A program made the translations under genes and the position numbers. Below are positions 23,150 through 36,148 of a DNA stretch of 64,000 nt, piece by piece. Each line of letters begins with the position of its first letter. Within the stretch, counting starts at the first letter, position 1. Source of the stretch: Hyphochytrium catenoides (taxonomy: Eukaryota; Protista; Hyphochytriomycota); the NCBI GenBank assembly GCA_900088475.1, contig FLMG01000529.1, positions 1 through 64,000 on the forward strand, written 5' to 3'. Under the pieces are notes generated by a model. The model ran no database searches. It was not told the origin of the DNA and was given only the letters and a program-made list of their open reading frames with translations.

Positions 23150-24950
23150 CAAGTTCTATGTTTCAAGTTCCCAGTTGATAGTGAATAGAAAGAAGATGAC
23201 CCGTGCAGATATCCTGAAAGATGAGACGGTTTGTTAAACCAGTCATCTGCTAAGGACTATTGCTCCTCCCTTGTTCCTCTCCGGGCCAGTCAGACTATAG
23301 CTCACAAAGGGACTACTACTGCTACAATGTCCTGCTCGTAGATTTGCCCTTACACCTACCAAGGACTCACAAGGTTGCCGCAGTTGTTCCTAAGACAGCA
23401 TCCTTGGATAGGGCACAGGACAACAACTACTCCAGTTACTCCAGTACACTTACTTTTGTCCTGAGGCACTGTGTCCAGGACTGGGCATGCTCAACACATG
23501 AGCTCCTTTCCAAGGGCATTCGAGACTGCTGCTGCATGTGCCAAGGAGCATACGAGTCCATCACGGCGCTTGATAAAGGCACGGCGTGGCAAGCCCTTTG
23601 TCAAGGTGTCAGCAACCATGTTATCTGTCCGACGGCCCCTCAGTGAGGTTGTACCTTTGGCCACTTTCTGCTGAGTGAGGTGGTATGTATAGAGAAGTAC
23701 CTTGTCGATTGTGGCTTCCAGCACCCTCCTCAGATGTCATGCATAGATCTGATTGGTTGTCTCCGTAAATGAGTTGTGGGTTTGCCTTTGAAGGTGCCAG
23801 TTGTAGACTGGATAGCCTGGGGGAGTCCCCTGAGCACTGCCTCTCTGGCAGCTTCACAAAGCGCTACGGCTCGGCTTCTGTGCTGGATAATGCCACCAAC
23901 CTCTGCTTCCTATGTTGCCAACTCACACACCCTCCTGCAGTGATGATGACATGCCACATGGTGGACTTGAAGTTTCCATAGATTTGTCCGAGTCCACATC
24001 TGCGTAGCCAGAGACATGAGGCTAGTTAAAGCCCTTGGATTGGTACCTCGTCCAAACAAAATGCCAAGGTCGGAGGTCCCTTCAAGTATCGTCGGACTCT
24101 TCTCGCTGTAGTGGGGGCTTGATCCGGGTACCCTGCAAGCCTTGCAACCATCCCCTCTGCATATGCTATATCGGCTTGGACTCCAACACTGCATACATTA
24201 GACGAGGCCCTGATACATTGCTTGTAGGTCCTGCCGTTGGTTCGATTCCTTACCACTCGGCTGAGGGGGGCCTTCGACAGTCGGAGCTTGGCCCCCATTG
24301 CGGTGTGCACTCCCATCCAATTCGTCACCTGGTAGCGTTCGAGGATCCCTCTAGTACGCGCGGTCCAATCCAGACCTACCTGGAGCTGGTGTACGATGAC
24401 GCAGCGGGAAGGGCTGGTTGCGTTTGGAAAGATAGGCAAGGTGTGCAGGGTTAAAAGGTCCCTCTACAGACTGGAACAAGCCCCAAGAGTAATTAACGAG
24501 AGCCTTGTGGATGACAGTCTGTACTACCTTAAGTGTGGCGAAGCCCTGACACTGGTCATCTCCTACCAGTAGTCATTAGCGCATGCTGAAATTGTCATTA
24601 GGCTAGGGAACAAAGACTGCGTGCGGAGTTCAAAGTGAGTGGGAGAGATTGGCTTCTTTCTGGGCATGGCGATCGTTTGAGGATCTGCATGCCTAGGAGG
24701 AAGCTAACCTCTCCTTGCTTGGTCATTTAACCTCTCCAGCATAATAGCCGATGACTAGGAGGTCATCAACGTACTCTATGACCAGTGTCAGATCTTGTCC
24801 ACCCTTGAGGTAGTGTAGACAGTCATCCCCTAGCTATGGCGATACCCCTCAGCGACTAAAAGCCTAGATAGCCTTTCCTGCATACTCTGGAGGCTTGTTT
24901 GAGTCCATAGAGGACCTTTTAAGCTTGCACACCTCCCGTTGCCATGCGCT
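23150..24950 (-). mobile_element. Degenerate Ty1/copia LTR retrotransposon relic: RT, RNase H and a probable 3' LTR at about 23150-23496
   Basis: Minus strand reads VCKLKRS-LYGLKQASR, LVIEYVDDLLVIG, ILERY..DIAYA..RVRRYLKG, IYGDNQS and DNMVADTLTKGL, with stops and frameshifts. A purine-rich tract followed by TGTTGAG at 23496 resembles a PPT/LTR junction. The LTR extent is a guess. Confidence 0.85.
24375..24700 (+). mobile_element. Inverted copia RT fragment within the relic
   Basis: Plus strand reads VY-MTQREG...GKVCRVKRSLYRLEQAPRV...DDSLYYLKCGEALTLVI...FFLGMAI. Confidence 0.7.
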
Positions 24951-27606
24951 GCAGCAGTAGTCAGTTCTTTGTCCTACAGCCCTACTTCACAGAGGTGGAT
25001 AAGGCGCAAGATACCAACAGCTGCTACAGCGCACTATACTCGTAGGCCTGTACTTCTCTGCTAACGCCTTGGAAGAGACCGCTGTTCTGCTGACGACATG
25101 AATAATGAGGTGCTCTAGCTCAACACCGCAAGGTAAAAATGTCAGAATCTCTAGGTAACCGTCCGTCTTCAACAGGTTCTTTATTTGTTGATGAGACCAG
25201 GACATTATGACGAGGAAATAGCAGAAGAGATGGCGTTCGCCATCTAGGAGGCACTCGCTCTGTTAGTATAACCGTGGATCTTTTCTCGATTTCCAGCATT
25301 TTCAGCTTCTCTTCATTTATGGACCTATAAGCCAATACCGGTCATGGCTCTGTGTGCGGCGAGAACTCTTGAGCCGATTCTGCTTAAGCAGGTTGGCAGT
25401 AATAAATGAAGTTATTATGCTAAGAATCAGAGAAGAGGCTACAAAGAGATAAACTGAGGGAAGATGAACAGAGGAGAAACTAGACCTTATAAATAGATAA
25501 TGAAGAAAGACAAACATTGTAATCAGGGTTCAGCAGAGGAGGAGAAAAGGAAGAGGAGACTGATATTGTCTCCGTCAACGGTGAGACCATAAGCTGTTGT
25601 CCACTTTGCCGCACGAAGAATTATTGTCCATGACCAAGCATCAGCATAATCGTGTCTTATCAATTAGAAGTGCCTTCTTCTTCTCTCTATCCTATCATCC
25701 GCCGTTCAATGAAACATTATTATTAAAAATACATAGTACATGTAGCAACAGCGCTTGTACGAGGACGAAAAGAGAGAGAAGGCAGGGATGCTTTTGAAGC
25801 CAGTGTTGAGTCTCCGTCTTCACTTTGCTAGCTCCTAGCCAGAAAGCGGTACAATGCTTGGCAAGACACAACGTCTAGTAATAACGCTTTGGAATAGAAC
25901 TACAGAGGTTCCGATCTTAGAGGGTTTGAGATAGTTCTAGACCCCTCGTTGCTATTTTTCTGTCTGTAGTCAGAACTTCAAAGGCAAAGGCAAGACAAAT
26001 TTATCTTTTGAGTCCAAAAACCGTGTAGGATGCGTTGGCTACAGATGAATAATGACACGGACCCGCCCATCTGGCTCTCTCGGTGAACAGTCAATGCTTG
26101 CTAATGAACAGCAAAAGCGGTGGTCCTCGGTCGTCTTTTGCAGTCTTTAGTTCTACATGCCACCACAATGATTATGCTATTGTAGCGTCTACGTACTGAA
26201 CACTCAACACTCAACCAATCGCAGAAAGTCGGTGAGGTGGGAAGTAGGAAGCAGGGCAGTCCAGCTGATGGCCTGGATGTACCTGTACAGCACTGTGTCA
26301 AGCTGCATACAGAAAGAGACAGTGAGCGGTAGAGGTACTGCTGGTACTATTAGACTGGTGTAGCAACATCGAGTCAGAGAGTAGAGAGATATCAAGAGAA
26401 CTCGTGCTTTTCGACTTCCCTGCCAATTTTCCAGTTTGACCAACTGGCTACCTACTTGCAACCATTTTGGCTGTGCTCACAAGTACTGTCCACAGTAGTA
26501 GCCAAGCTTGTTTGTGTGCCAAGTCATTTGTATCCACGAGGAAGAGCCAGAAGGAAGAGGATCGGCATCTTCTGGCTCGTTTTCTCTCTTCTTTTCCTGT
26601 GTTCTTGTGCAACTCTGTAAAAATCCCTAAGATCACCTAAGAAATCCTATTTGACCACCACCCAAAGCAAACAAAGACTTAAACCTAAGAAAGGGCCATG
26701 ACTACGACTCACTCTGTATGCACCAAACCTCGCAAAAGTATCATCAGACGGATGGCGGGACGCGAAACCTTCCGTTTGAGAGAGGCGGAAACAAGGGCGA
26801 TGCTGTGGTTGAGAGGAGGAGGGAAGTTCTTTGAGTTACTGAGCGCCTTGGGCCAGCTCTCTCTCTCCATCGCCTTATGGATGACCGCTAACCAGGGTTT
26901 ACCAAAACCGAACTTGGTTGAAACATTCCCTGCAAGCTATAGTGCTGAAAGTTACCTGAGGTGAAATGATATTAGGAAGATGGAAATATTCGTACCATAT
27001 TAAGCTTTCATCGCTTTTTTGCCTTGAGCGTTTCTTTGTGTGCTGACTGTGCTACAAAGTGCTTAGTAAACTTTCTGGTGCAGTCCGCGCTCCTCTTCCG
27101 CTGTCTCTCTCTTAGAGAACCCACCGCATACCTTCCCTACTATTTTTCCCTTCCCCGTCTCTCAAGGGTTCTTCTCTAAGTAAACCAAGCAGCCAAAAGG
27201 GAAAACATTCAGTACGCTCTTTCAACCGAAGAACCTCGCTCTTTTACCTTTCAGACCAAGAAAGAACCAACCAAGCCGTCAACTTCCCTTCTCTCTTTTG
27301 TCTCTCTTTTTCCCTCTCTTCGTGCCCCTCTTCCCTTCTTCGCTTTTATTGCTGCTGTTGCTGCTTCATGAGGAGTGTACAGTATGATTGAAAGTGACGA
27401 AACTCTTGGGGCGGACAGATCGGTCCTTCCAGGTGTGCTTCTTGAGCAGTCACTATACAATTTGTTGTGTCCAGGCTACCACAACTGCTCCAAGGACTTT
27501 TTGTCCTGTCCGCCAAGGCGTGCTTACTGCTAGCCGTCGCTTAGCGCCAACATTCTTGCCGCCACTTAGCAACTTGCCCACACCTGGCCTCAATCCTTCT
27601 AGCACA

Positions 27607-28218
27607 ATGGCGCAGCTTGCTATGGTGAAGCCCATCGATTCCACGGCGCTGGATAACAGCTCGAGGATTCTCAAGAGACGAAGCTACAGCGGTGACAGCA
27701 AAATGAGCTACCCTCTACCTAAGAGATCCAAGGCCTTTCTGGATGACATCATGTACCTCGATCCGTACCACCGCTTCTTGGAGGTTCAACTCCAGGAGAA
27801 AAAGCTTCGCAATCTGGATAGGATCGTAGCTGAGAAAAGAGTAGAAGCCCACTCGTTGTGGAGCCAAGGTCTACTAGAAGAATCCCTTGCAGAGATGGCA
27901 AAGTCAGAGACCATCCTGGCTAAGCTTGTAAAGGAGATTCGGTCCCTTGTGCTCGTCAAGTGCCACATGATGCGGGAGTACGAGCTGGAGGAACAAGACC
28001 CTGTTCTCGACGATGACCAGGAGGATGACGACACCAAACCCAGAAAGTCAAGAAAGAGAGTGCAGTTTAGCGAAGTTGCTGAAGTCATGGGAAGTGCAGA
28101 CCCACAGGTGGATAGAGAGCCGATCAACGTAGACCCAGCTCCTCTAGCTGAGAGACTGCTGATCAGGTGTGCGAGAGAGCTTCCAATGGGCCCTAACATG
28201 ATGGGAAAGCACTTATGA
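27607..28218 (+). CDS. Intronless uncharacterised protein (203 aa) with a helical core, an acidic patch and a PP1-docking-like RVxF motif
   Basis: Clean ORF from MAQLAMVKP; contains KSRKRVQFSE. A CT-rich leader and a long non-coding region lie upstream. Confidence 0.7.
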   Translation: MAQLAMVKPIDSTALDNSSRILKRRSYSGDSKMSYPLPKRSKAFLDDIMYLDPYHRFLEVQLQEKKLRNLDRIVAEKRVEAHSLWSQGLLEESLAEMAKSETILAKLVKEIRSLVLVKCHMMREYELEEQDPVLDDDQEDDDTKPRKSRKRVQFSEVAEVMGSADPQVDREPINVDPAPLAERLLIRCARELPMGPNMMGKHL

Positions 28219-29232
28219 GCTCAACTCCCGGATGTTACCATTTATTTATTATGCCATAGAACTATTTATTTTCTAGACGCTAGATCCTTCCTCGGGCCAG
28301 AGTTCGTGCTAGATAACCCGCGATGACCCTCATTACTAGCCAAATATAAAGATTGAGCTCAGCATGCAGCGTTACCTTCGAGACGTCTGGTTCTGTTCTC
28401 TCTCACTCCTAAAGTTTATTTCCTCAAATAATCAATGCGGCTCTGCCAGGCAATGGATTGTCCAACAGAGGCATCTTCTCTAGTCATTACTATCTTACGT
28501 CTCCTTCGGCACTCGTCGTCACTTTTAGGCGGCCGCTCGTGCCTCCTTTGTGTTACATCCTTCCTGTCTGGCTTATTACAGAGAGACGTTGTAAACAGGC
28601 TGGCTTATGAAAAAAGACATTGTTCATTTTATTCTTGCTGATGATAACGAGGTGCATTATCTTAGTGTTAGCGTATCTCAACCTTCAGCTCACACATTGC
28701 ATTAACCGAATGCGATTCGCCGGAGTGCTGTGGCAAAAGTATTGGCCCCAGCAATACTTTGACACCAAACTTGCGCTACTGCTCATGAGATGCTAAGATT
28801 ACGTGCTTAATACCTCATGGATTCTCATCCTGGGCCCCTAAATTTTTTTGTTCTCTTATCAGTGTGGAAGGATAGCTGTGTAGCACAGCAAGAAGCTCAT
28901 TCATCACATCAGGTGTATCATCACCTTTCGCCCACAGTGCCCCACACCGCGGTTCTACCTCTCTCAGAGCAGTCCACTATCCAGTTCAGGGACCTCTGTT
29001 TCCTGGGTGGTGCCCGCATACCAAGCTCTTAGTCCATTTCTTAGATAATCTGAGGTCTCACTGAGCTTAGGCTCAAGGAGACGATAGCTGAACCTGCAAG
29101 AAGCAGCGCCTGTCTCAAACTATTTGTAGGAGACGGAGTGGGTTATTGCGAAAGGACCCACGCATCTGGTATATACCGCCCCGGTGTCATCTCGTCTTTT
29201 TGGAAGAGTAACACAAAGAGTAAAGAGCCGGA

Positions 29233-30400
29233 ATGGTATCTACCATGGCGTTACAGAATAATACACAGAGCCTGAAGTTCTTTGTTAGAGGCGAGGTTGG
29301 TTCTGAATGATGTCGGCCGTCGTAGGGCCCAGAACAGTGCAGGCTCGAGGAAGAAAGAGTAGAAGCCAAAGAAGAGCAAGCTCTTAGGCGGATATAGAAG
29401 CGCTTCGTATCTTCCTCTCTGCTCCTTTCTCCTTAATAAGCTCCACGAGCGCAGGAGATTATCGCAGAGGAAGGTCTGACCCTGGACGCTAGGCGAGGGG
29501 CTATGAGAGAGAATGACCGTATCTTGGTAGAGAGTGGGACCAAGAACCATGTAAAGGCCACTCTTCCAAGGAAGGCAGGCTTACTTGAAGGCGCTCTGGG
29601 GTGTTTCCGGTTGAAACGTCGCCTTGTAGTTTAAGAAGCATTCGCCAACAAGCAAAAGCTATGGGCCGGCCGGCTGCTGCCACAGGCCCAAGAAGATTGG
29701 AGGACGTGACAGTCAAGGAGGCTGCTCTCCTCTCCCTTTCCAAGACAATCTCCCTCACTGGCAAGCTCAGGGTAAGCTGTCTCTCTCTTTCTTTGTCTCT
29801 TGGGGTAGTGCTACTTTCCTGGACTCACTGCTTCCCTTACTAGCTTGTCCGGTATGTCCGGGAGGTACCTACAAAGCGCTCTACGATCTTATCTTCGGAT
29901 GATGGCGGCAGCCAGCTGGAGACTCGCTGGAGATATTCATTCACTGACATCAAACTTCTCAACAATAACCGGGTTCCGCTCTATTTGTACTTCACTAAGA
30001 GCCAACCGTCCTCTTCAGATGCTTTTCGAGAACATCTCCATAATTATGGCAAGGAGATGCTGCTCGATAATGGGGTCGACGGCCAGGTCGGTCATCGAGA
30101 TGGTCGTCGCCGAAGCATAGTGAATTGACCAGTGTTTCTCTTCTCATTTAGTTCTCGGGTTACCGGGTGCAAGACGACTTCATTCAAGACTGCCCTTTCA
30201 ACGACCCGCTGGTCTATAAAGGTTTCTGGCATCTCAACCGTCCTCTTGCCCTCTTTGTATGCGGCCTTCTCAGCCATGCTGCTCCTTTTTTATCCTTGTT
30301 CGCATGGTTGTTCAGCCGTGGTCCTTTGCAAGCCAGCCCGGGTGCCACCGAAAACGGCACTTCCGGTCATATACGGAATGGGCGTCTTCCAGAACTATGA
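29233..30400 (+). CDS. Probable multi-exon coding region of unknown function; may be 5' exons of the downstream EF-hand/LRR gene
   Basis: Plus-strand GT-AG intron candidates (about 29772-29843 and 30087-30151) flank open frames. The reading phase could not be resolved. Confidence 0.3.
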
Positions 30401-33400
30401 CGCAAGCAAGACCAAAGCGGTATTTCTTCGCTGATGACAGGTGCAATCATAGACTGTAAACGCCTCTAACGTCAATTCAGCTAAAAGTAGGGCTTCAACG
30501 GCGACGGGAGCTAGTGAAGAAGCAGCTAGCAAAGCTTGAGGCGGCGAATGCGAAGAAGAGGTTTACGTTTTGGAGTCAGAAGAGTACGTTAATCAGGCCC
30601 TGTGAGTTAATTAAAATCGTTAGGTTAGGCTTACTTACTGTTTGTTCTTCAAGCCGAGGTCGAGGAAAACCAACAGAAGCTCTTGGATGAGATGATTGAA
30701 GCAGCGCAGGCAACTTTCAAGAAGTACGATGAGGATGGATCGGGCACTGTCGATTTCGAAGGTAAGGGGCTGCCTTTAAATTGTAGGCGCTATCGTCGCC
30801 TTGCCTCAGAATCTTTGCAGAGTTCCTCAACATGTTGGAGCACATGGACTGCAACATTATTATGCCGGTAAGAAAGGAACGATGCATAGTACTGATCACC
30901 TATGTTAATGAGCCGTAATCATTCTCAAAAGCATGCTTACGAGGTCTTTCGAGCTTGTGATGATGAGAAGAGGTAAGGGCGTATGCGCCGCTGCGACCTG
31001 TCGCTTGGCTCTAACACTTACAGATTTCATCAATCCACGGCGGACTATGACTCCCAACCATCACTTCAATCTTGTGTCTGACGGCGATTGAAGCGGAGTT
31101 CTGGATGAAGAATATCCTTTCCAGCGACCCTAGCTCGCCCTGTATCCCACGTTTCTGCTCTAGTTCAATCGTTCTATCCTTGACTCCCCGAATCTACCCA
31201 GTTCAGTACTGTGCTTTATATGATCAACAAACTGCAGCAGTCCAGCATCTGGAACAAAGACAAGAAAATCTTCTCGAAACTCCTTCCAAATGACGCTCTC
31301 GTCCTTTTTGATGGTATGGAACTATTTTTGGATACTCAGTCTGTTTATGTTGCAAGGTCTCACCTCGTCTTCTCTTTTCTCCCTGCTCGGGCCACTTTTA
31401 GATGATGGAGACTTTCGACTCAGCAAAAGTGAGTATGTTGAAGCCATGCGGACGTTAGGTATCACTCTCAGCCTACAATACACTCTGGAGAAGGTGTTTG
31501 ACGAAGTGGATCAGACCGGTACTGGTCGGATTGGATCTACGGAGTTCAAGGTACGGTCCTATATCCTAGGTAATTTGCGCATGCTATTGCGCAGGGCTGA
31601 CTCTTCTTAACGCCATCAGAAAGCTTTTGCACTTTTAGTTAACCCTTACAAAGAACTGGAAAGCTTGAGGAAAAGATTACCCAGCACCAAGGGTACAGTC
31701 CTATTCCTCGATATGCCCATGACCGTTAGACATTTCATCAGCGTTCTGTCTCTGCTGTCCTCCTTCCCACCAGAGTTCCCCAAGTATGAAAAGGACGAGG
31801 ATGATGAGATCTTGCGAGGTTGCCTCCAGCAAGCTCTAGATTTGGAGGAGTCTTCCCGATCTCGTAGACTGTTAGAGGTTAAGAAGGAAGCGGAAGCAAT
31901 GAAAAGGTTATGCAAAATCCTACCGCGTGCGAGTCGCTTCTAAGGATTTGTTCGGTCCTCCTGAGACGGTCATCTCTTATTACTTGTACAGGAAAGCTCG
32001 TATGGAACGAGATAGAGTACAAAGACAGCGGAACTCAGTTTATGACCGTGAGCGCCTGCAGATCAAAACCGAAAAGGTCTTTAGCCATGAGAGTAGATTC
32101 ATGTCGAACCTGCACCACGCCTCTCACACTGTGACCAGGCTTTGAAGGCGAAAGAGTCTCAGTTGAGGAAGAAAGCTGAGAAGGAGAGGCGGCACCAGCT
32201 CAAAGTAGAAGAAGCGCAGCTTCAGAAGCAATGCCAGGTTACTTGCCATTTCTCCGTTGGAAACACTCCTAAAGAGCGCTGATTCGTATCGCTTGTATGT
32301 AGGAAGACGCTGAATTTCGAGAGCAAATGGTTACCTCAGCAACGCAAAACAAGCTAGAAACCATCCGAAAGATTCGTGAGAACGAGATGGCGCGAGTGGA
32401 CGGTGACCGCCTGGATCTCCACGGATCGTCAGTATCCCTCCCTTCTCTACTGGCACTCTTCTCCTCATTCCCCTTCTCCTTCCATGTTATTCTCTAGTGT
32501 CCATGTACGCCTTCTTGAGCCTATTCTATCCGCAAGCCACATGTTGTATAGTGACATCCGCAGGCTTCTTCGAGCTAAGGGTTGATCCTCTCTTATACTA
32601 TCCCAATACTATCCCAAACACTCGTAGGTCGTTGGAAGAGGTGCCTCAATGGCTGTACAAGTCCAAGGACGCACTTCAGTGGCTGCGAAGTCTGTACGTC
32701 CTGGATCTTAGCTCCAATGCGCTACGAACCCTTCCTGGGCCATTTCTCTACCAGTGTGGCTGGCTGAAGAAGTTGGATCTTGGTCATAACCATCTTACCT
32801 CTCTTCCGGTAAGCTATCGACCTTTGATGCTATGAAATACCCCTTACAGGTCATTGTTCGTCGTCGTCAACTCGTCTCCTCTTACAGCCAGAGATTGGAG
32901 ATATGACGGAGCTCCAGATCCTTCTTCTACAGGACAATAGGCTTACCAGCATTCCTGATAGCATGGGACGTCTGTCAAATCTCGAATATTTAAACCTTTC
33001 GGCGAATCATATTAGGGAGCTCCCCCGCTTTGACGCGCTTACCGCGCTGAAGAAGCTCGACCTTCAGGTAGGAAAGCCTCAATTTCCATTTAGGAGAGGG
33101 AAGATTGTTTTACCATTCTCTTCTCTTGTTTCTCTTTTCCTGCGTCGTCTCCCGTATCTAATTGTGTGCAATTAGGGCAACGAGCTGAGGCTAATCGATA
33201 AGGACACCTTTCCTTCAATGAAATCTCTATCTTCCCTCTTGTTGCAACGAAACTTGTTGGAGAAGCTTCCGGATGAGCTTTTCCACCTGCGGACACTGTC
33301 ACAATTAGGTGTGCCAATGACAATAATGCTAACTAAGTCAAAAGCGACGAAAAAAGTGTGGAGAAAAAGTAGTGAGATGAAGGGACCTGTGCCCAGCCGC

Positions 33401-35401
33401 ATAGGGACTTACTAAAGCCTCTTGGGTCCCTTTTTATTATAGACTTCTCGCACAATCGTGTGCGAGTGCTCCAAGCTCCACAGACCGAAATGCCAGCCTT
33501 AACTACCTTGAATGGCTCTCATAACGGCATGCTCTCCATTAATGGTGATCTCTTTGCTGGAACTCCCAAACTTCAGGTACGTTATCGCTTCCCATCTCCT
33601 CTTTTCAAGGTCTGTTTCTGATGAGTTCCTTCGATGGTAGGATCTGGTGCTGGCGCACAACCAGTTAGAGTCTCTGCCTGAATCGCTTGCCTCTTGCTTC
33701 TCTTTAGTCCGAATTGGGCTTCGGGGTAACAGGTACTTCTGGCCCTCGACTTTCACGTGCATTGGTGTTTCACCCATTGCAATGTACTTCATAATCTACC
33801 GGCGTGACACTTCCAACCGGATGTTTTAGGATCTCGCGGATAGAATCAGAACTTCTGCGCCACATGGAGCGAATAGAGATGCTTGATCTTCGCCAGAACC
33901 TGTTGACATTCCTTCCTCCGGAGCTGGGTCTAGCCACCTCCCTTCGGAGCCTAGAGCTAGATAATAATCCCCAGCTAGGAATGCTTCCTTCAGAAGTAAG
34001 GCGAGAAATTTCCAAGACAGTAGCTATGGCGTAGACGTTTTGGTCTCCAACAGTGAGCTAATTTGACATGCTGATCATTAGGTCGGAGCTCTTAAAGTTC
34101 TGGATAGAATGGACTGTTCTGACTGCGCCCTTCTCGAGCTCCCACATGACCTCTGCTTCATCACTTGTCTAAGGTCACTCACGGTGAAGGTTTGAACCTC
34201 TATGGCTATACTCAACGCTCTTTTACGCTATTCACGTCATTCTTGTTTACAGGGCAATAGACTTTCATTTCTGCCGCCGTCCTTCGTGTCTCTTATCGGA
34301 CTGCAGGAGTTGAATCTATCGCGCAATGCGTTCATAGAACTTCCAGAAACAAGCTCAATGTGGTGCTTGAAAGGACTACGGGTATTGAACCTTTCCGAGA
34401 ACAAGCTCCGAAGGCTTCCACAGCGAGGACCAGACAAACTCGAGCAGCTTAGAGAACTTATCCTAACTGCTAACTGTCTAGTTGATCTGCCTCTATGTCT
34501 AACACGCTTACGAAACCTTAGGAAGCTCAGTAAGTCCAATGTCCTCACAGAAGAGGCTTTGCAGCTTGATTATCCTATATTCTGGCTTTCGACAGGAGTC
34601 AGTGCTCCTCTCTAAGCAATTCTTCTCAGGCATCCGAAACAATCGTCTGCGTGCGGTTCCTCCGCAAATGGGGCAAGTATTGCTAGGGCTTGAGGAATTT
34701 GACGCGGAAGGCAATCCCTTTGAAGATCTGCCGTCCGAGTGCATGCGTGGATATCGGTACAAAGCTCGTGAGGTTTATAACGGCGCCACCGTAGACACAG
34801 TAACGAGGTATCGAGTCATGGATTCCTTGTCTAGTGTTCCTAGCTGGAGGCTCTGTACGTCGCTTGTCTGACTTTTGCATGGCCAGGAGGATAAGTCCGG
34901 CTGTTCTCGACTGGGCTGTGAAGTTTGGATTCTTCTACGAGACGGCAGAGCAAGTCTGGAACGAAAAGAGCGAGTTATACCTCAACCTGGCGGAGGACAG
35001 TAACGACTTCCTGGAGCGGGTAGGATACCCGACGAAATGACATTGCAAGATAGCTGACTTGTACACTGAGACCTTTATATTAACTCGTTCCTTTATCCAA
35101 CTAGGTGAAGAGAAGTCTGCAAGGTACTGAGCCACAAAACCCAGATACCGATACTGCAGCGCTGAATCGAGCCATCTTGGACGTGTTCTACAATGCAATG
35201 GCCCAGGGATCAATCTTTGCCTATCATACGATATCTGGAAGAGAAGATAAGCGGCGACGAGAGAAACAAACAGATGTCATAGAATATCGAAGGAGAAGCA
35301 TTGCAGAGGTCGTAAAGGGAGATGCTAAGGCTCTCACTGAACTATACCTCATGATGGGCGAAGAATACCTCTCGAGACTGGCTTTTCGAGAGGATCACTA
35401 G
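30378..35401 (+). CDS. Multi-exon EF-hand plus leucine-rich-repeat protein
   Basis: EF loops FKKYDEDGSGTVDFEEF and VFDEVDQTGTGRIGSTEF. Many LxxLxLxxN repeats: LYVLDLSSNALRTLP, LKKLDLGHNHLTSLP, LEYLNLSANHIRELP, LQELNLSRNAFIELP, LRVLNLSENKLRRLP. Both ends are approximate. Confidence 0.8.
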
Positions 35402-35890
35402 ACAGGAGGTAGAGCCAAGCCCTCCGGAACCTGTGATCCTTAGCAGAAGTAGCAGCCTGTTTAGCAGTTCAAGCTGCTTTTTGCTGGTTGGCAAATGCTG
35501 TATTCAGGTCCTCAGTTGAACGATATGGTAATATTGCAACGGTCAGCAATGCTGGGGTTCGCGCAAGAAAGACTAAAGGCCTTTCGACAGCGGTGGGATT
35601 CACATCAAGTCGTGTCGCACCCATTCGCTTTCCCTGGGTGCTTGATAAATGGTGTGGCCCTCGCAAGAGCATTATCGCGCAGGAATAAGAGAGACTCTTT
35701 ATGGTGTGGAGTGTAACCCCAATTCAGAAGGCAAGATCCCTCTGACTGGAGTCTCTAGACCTCTTGTAGGCTCTCTGTCTGCCCTTATATTTATAGAGTT
35801 ACCTCATTTTATACCTTTGATGTAGGTCCGACAATCTCCTTAGTTGGCGAGGCCAGCTCGCGGTCCTAAAATCATTCAATGAGGTAGCAC

Positions 35891-35998
35891 GCATAGTTTT
35901 TCTAACCGTTTGGAAAAGAGCAGGACCTCTTTCTTTAGGCAGCAGCATAGTTTTTCTAGCCGTTTGGAAAGGAGCAGGGCCTCTTTCTCTAGGCAGGA
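35891..35998. repeat. 54-bp tandem duplication (2 copies) between convergent genes
   Basis: gcatagtttttctaRccgtttggaaaRgagcaggRcctctttctYtaggcag x2. Confidence 0.9.
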
Positions 35999-36148
35999 AC
36001 AGAGAGTTCCCCAACTACAAGATAAAGTAGATATCTCGGCTCAACAGAGTCCAAGATTAGGCCTGACGCGTTTATTATCATACAAGCTATGTTGGCTTAC
36101 TAGGTCACAAACGTAGTAGTGCCATACCTCTCTATCTTCCACAGACCG

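Noticed and set aside
24190-24262. tRNA suggested by GGTTCGATTCC (24239-24249)
   Set aside because: No acceptor, D or anticodon stems can be formed, and it lies inside copia RT sequence.
29187-30277. Minus-strand gene (MAEKAAYK...)
   Set aside because: Splice signals fit the plus strand better, and the minus-strand frames do not join convincingly.
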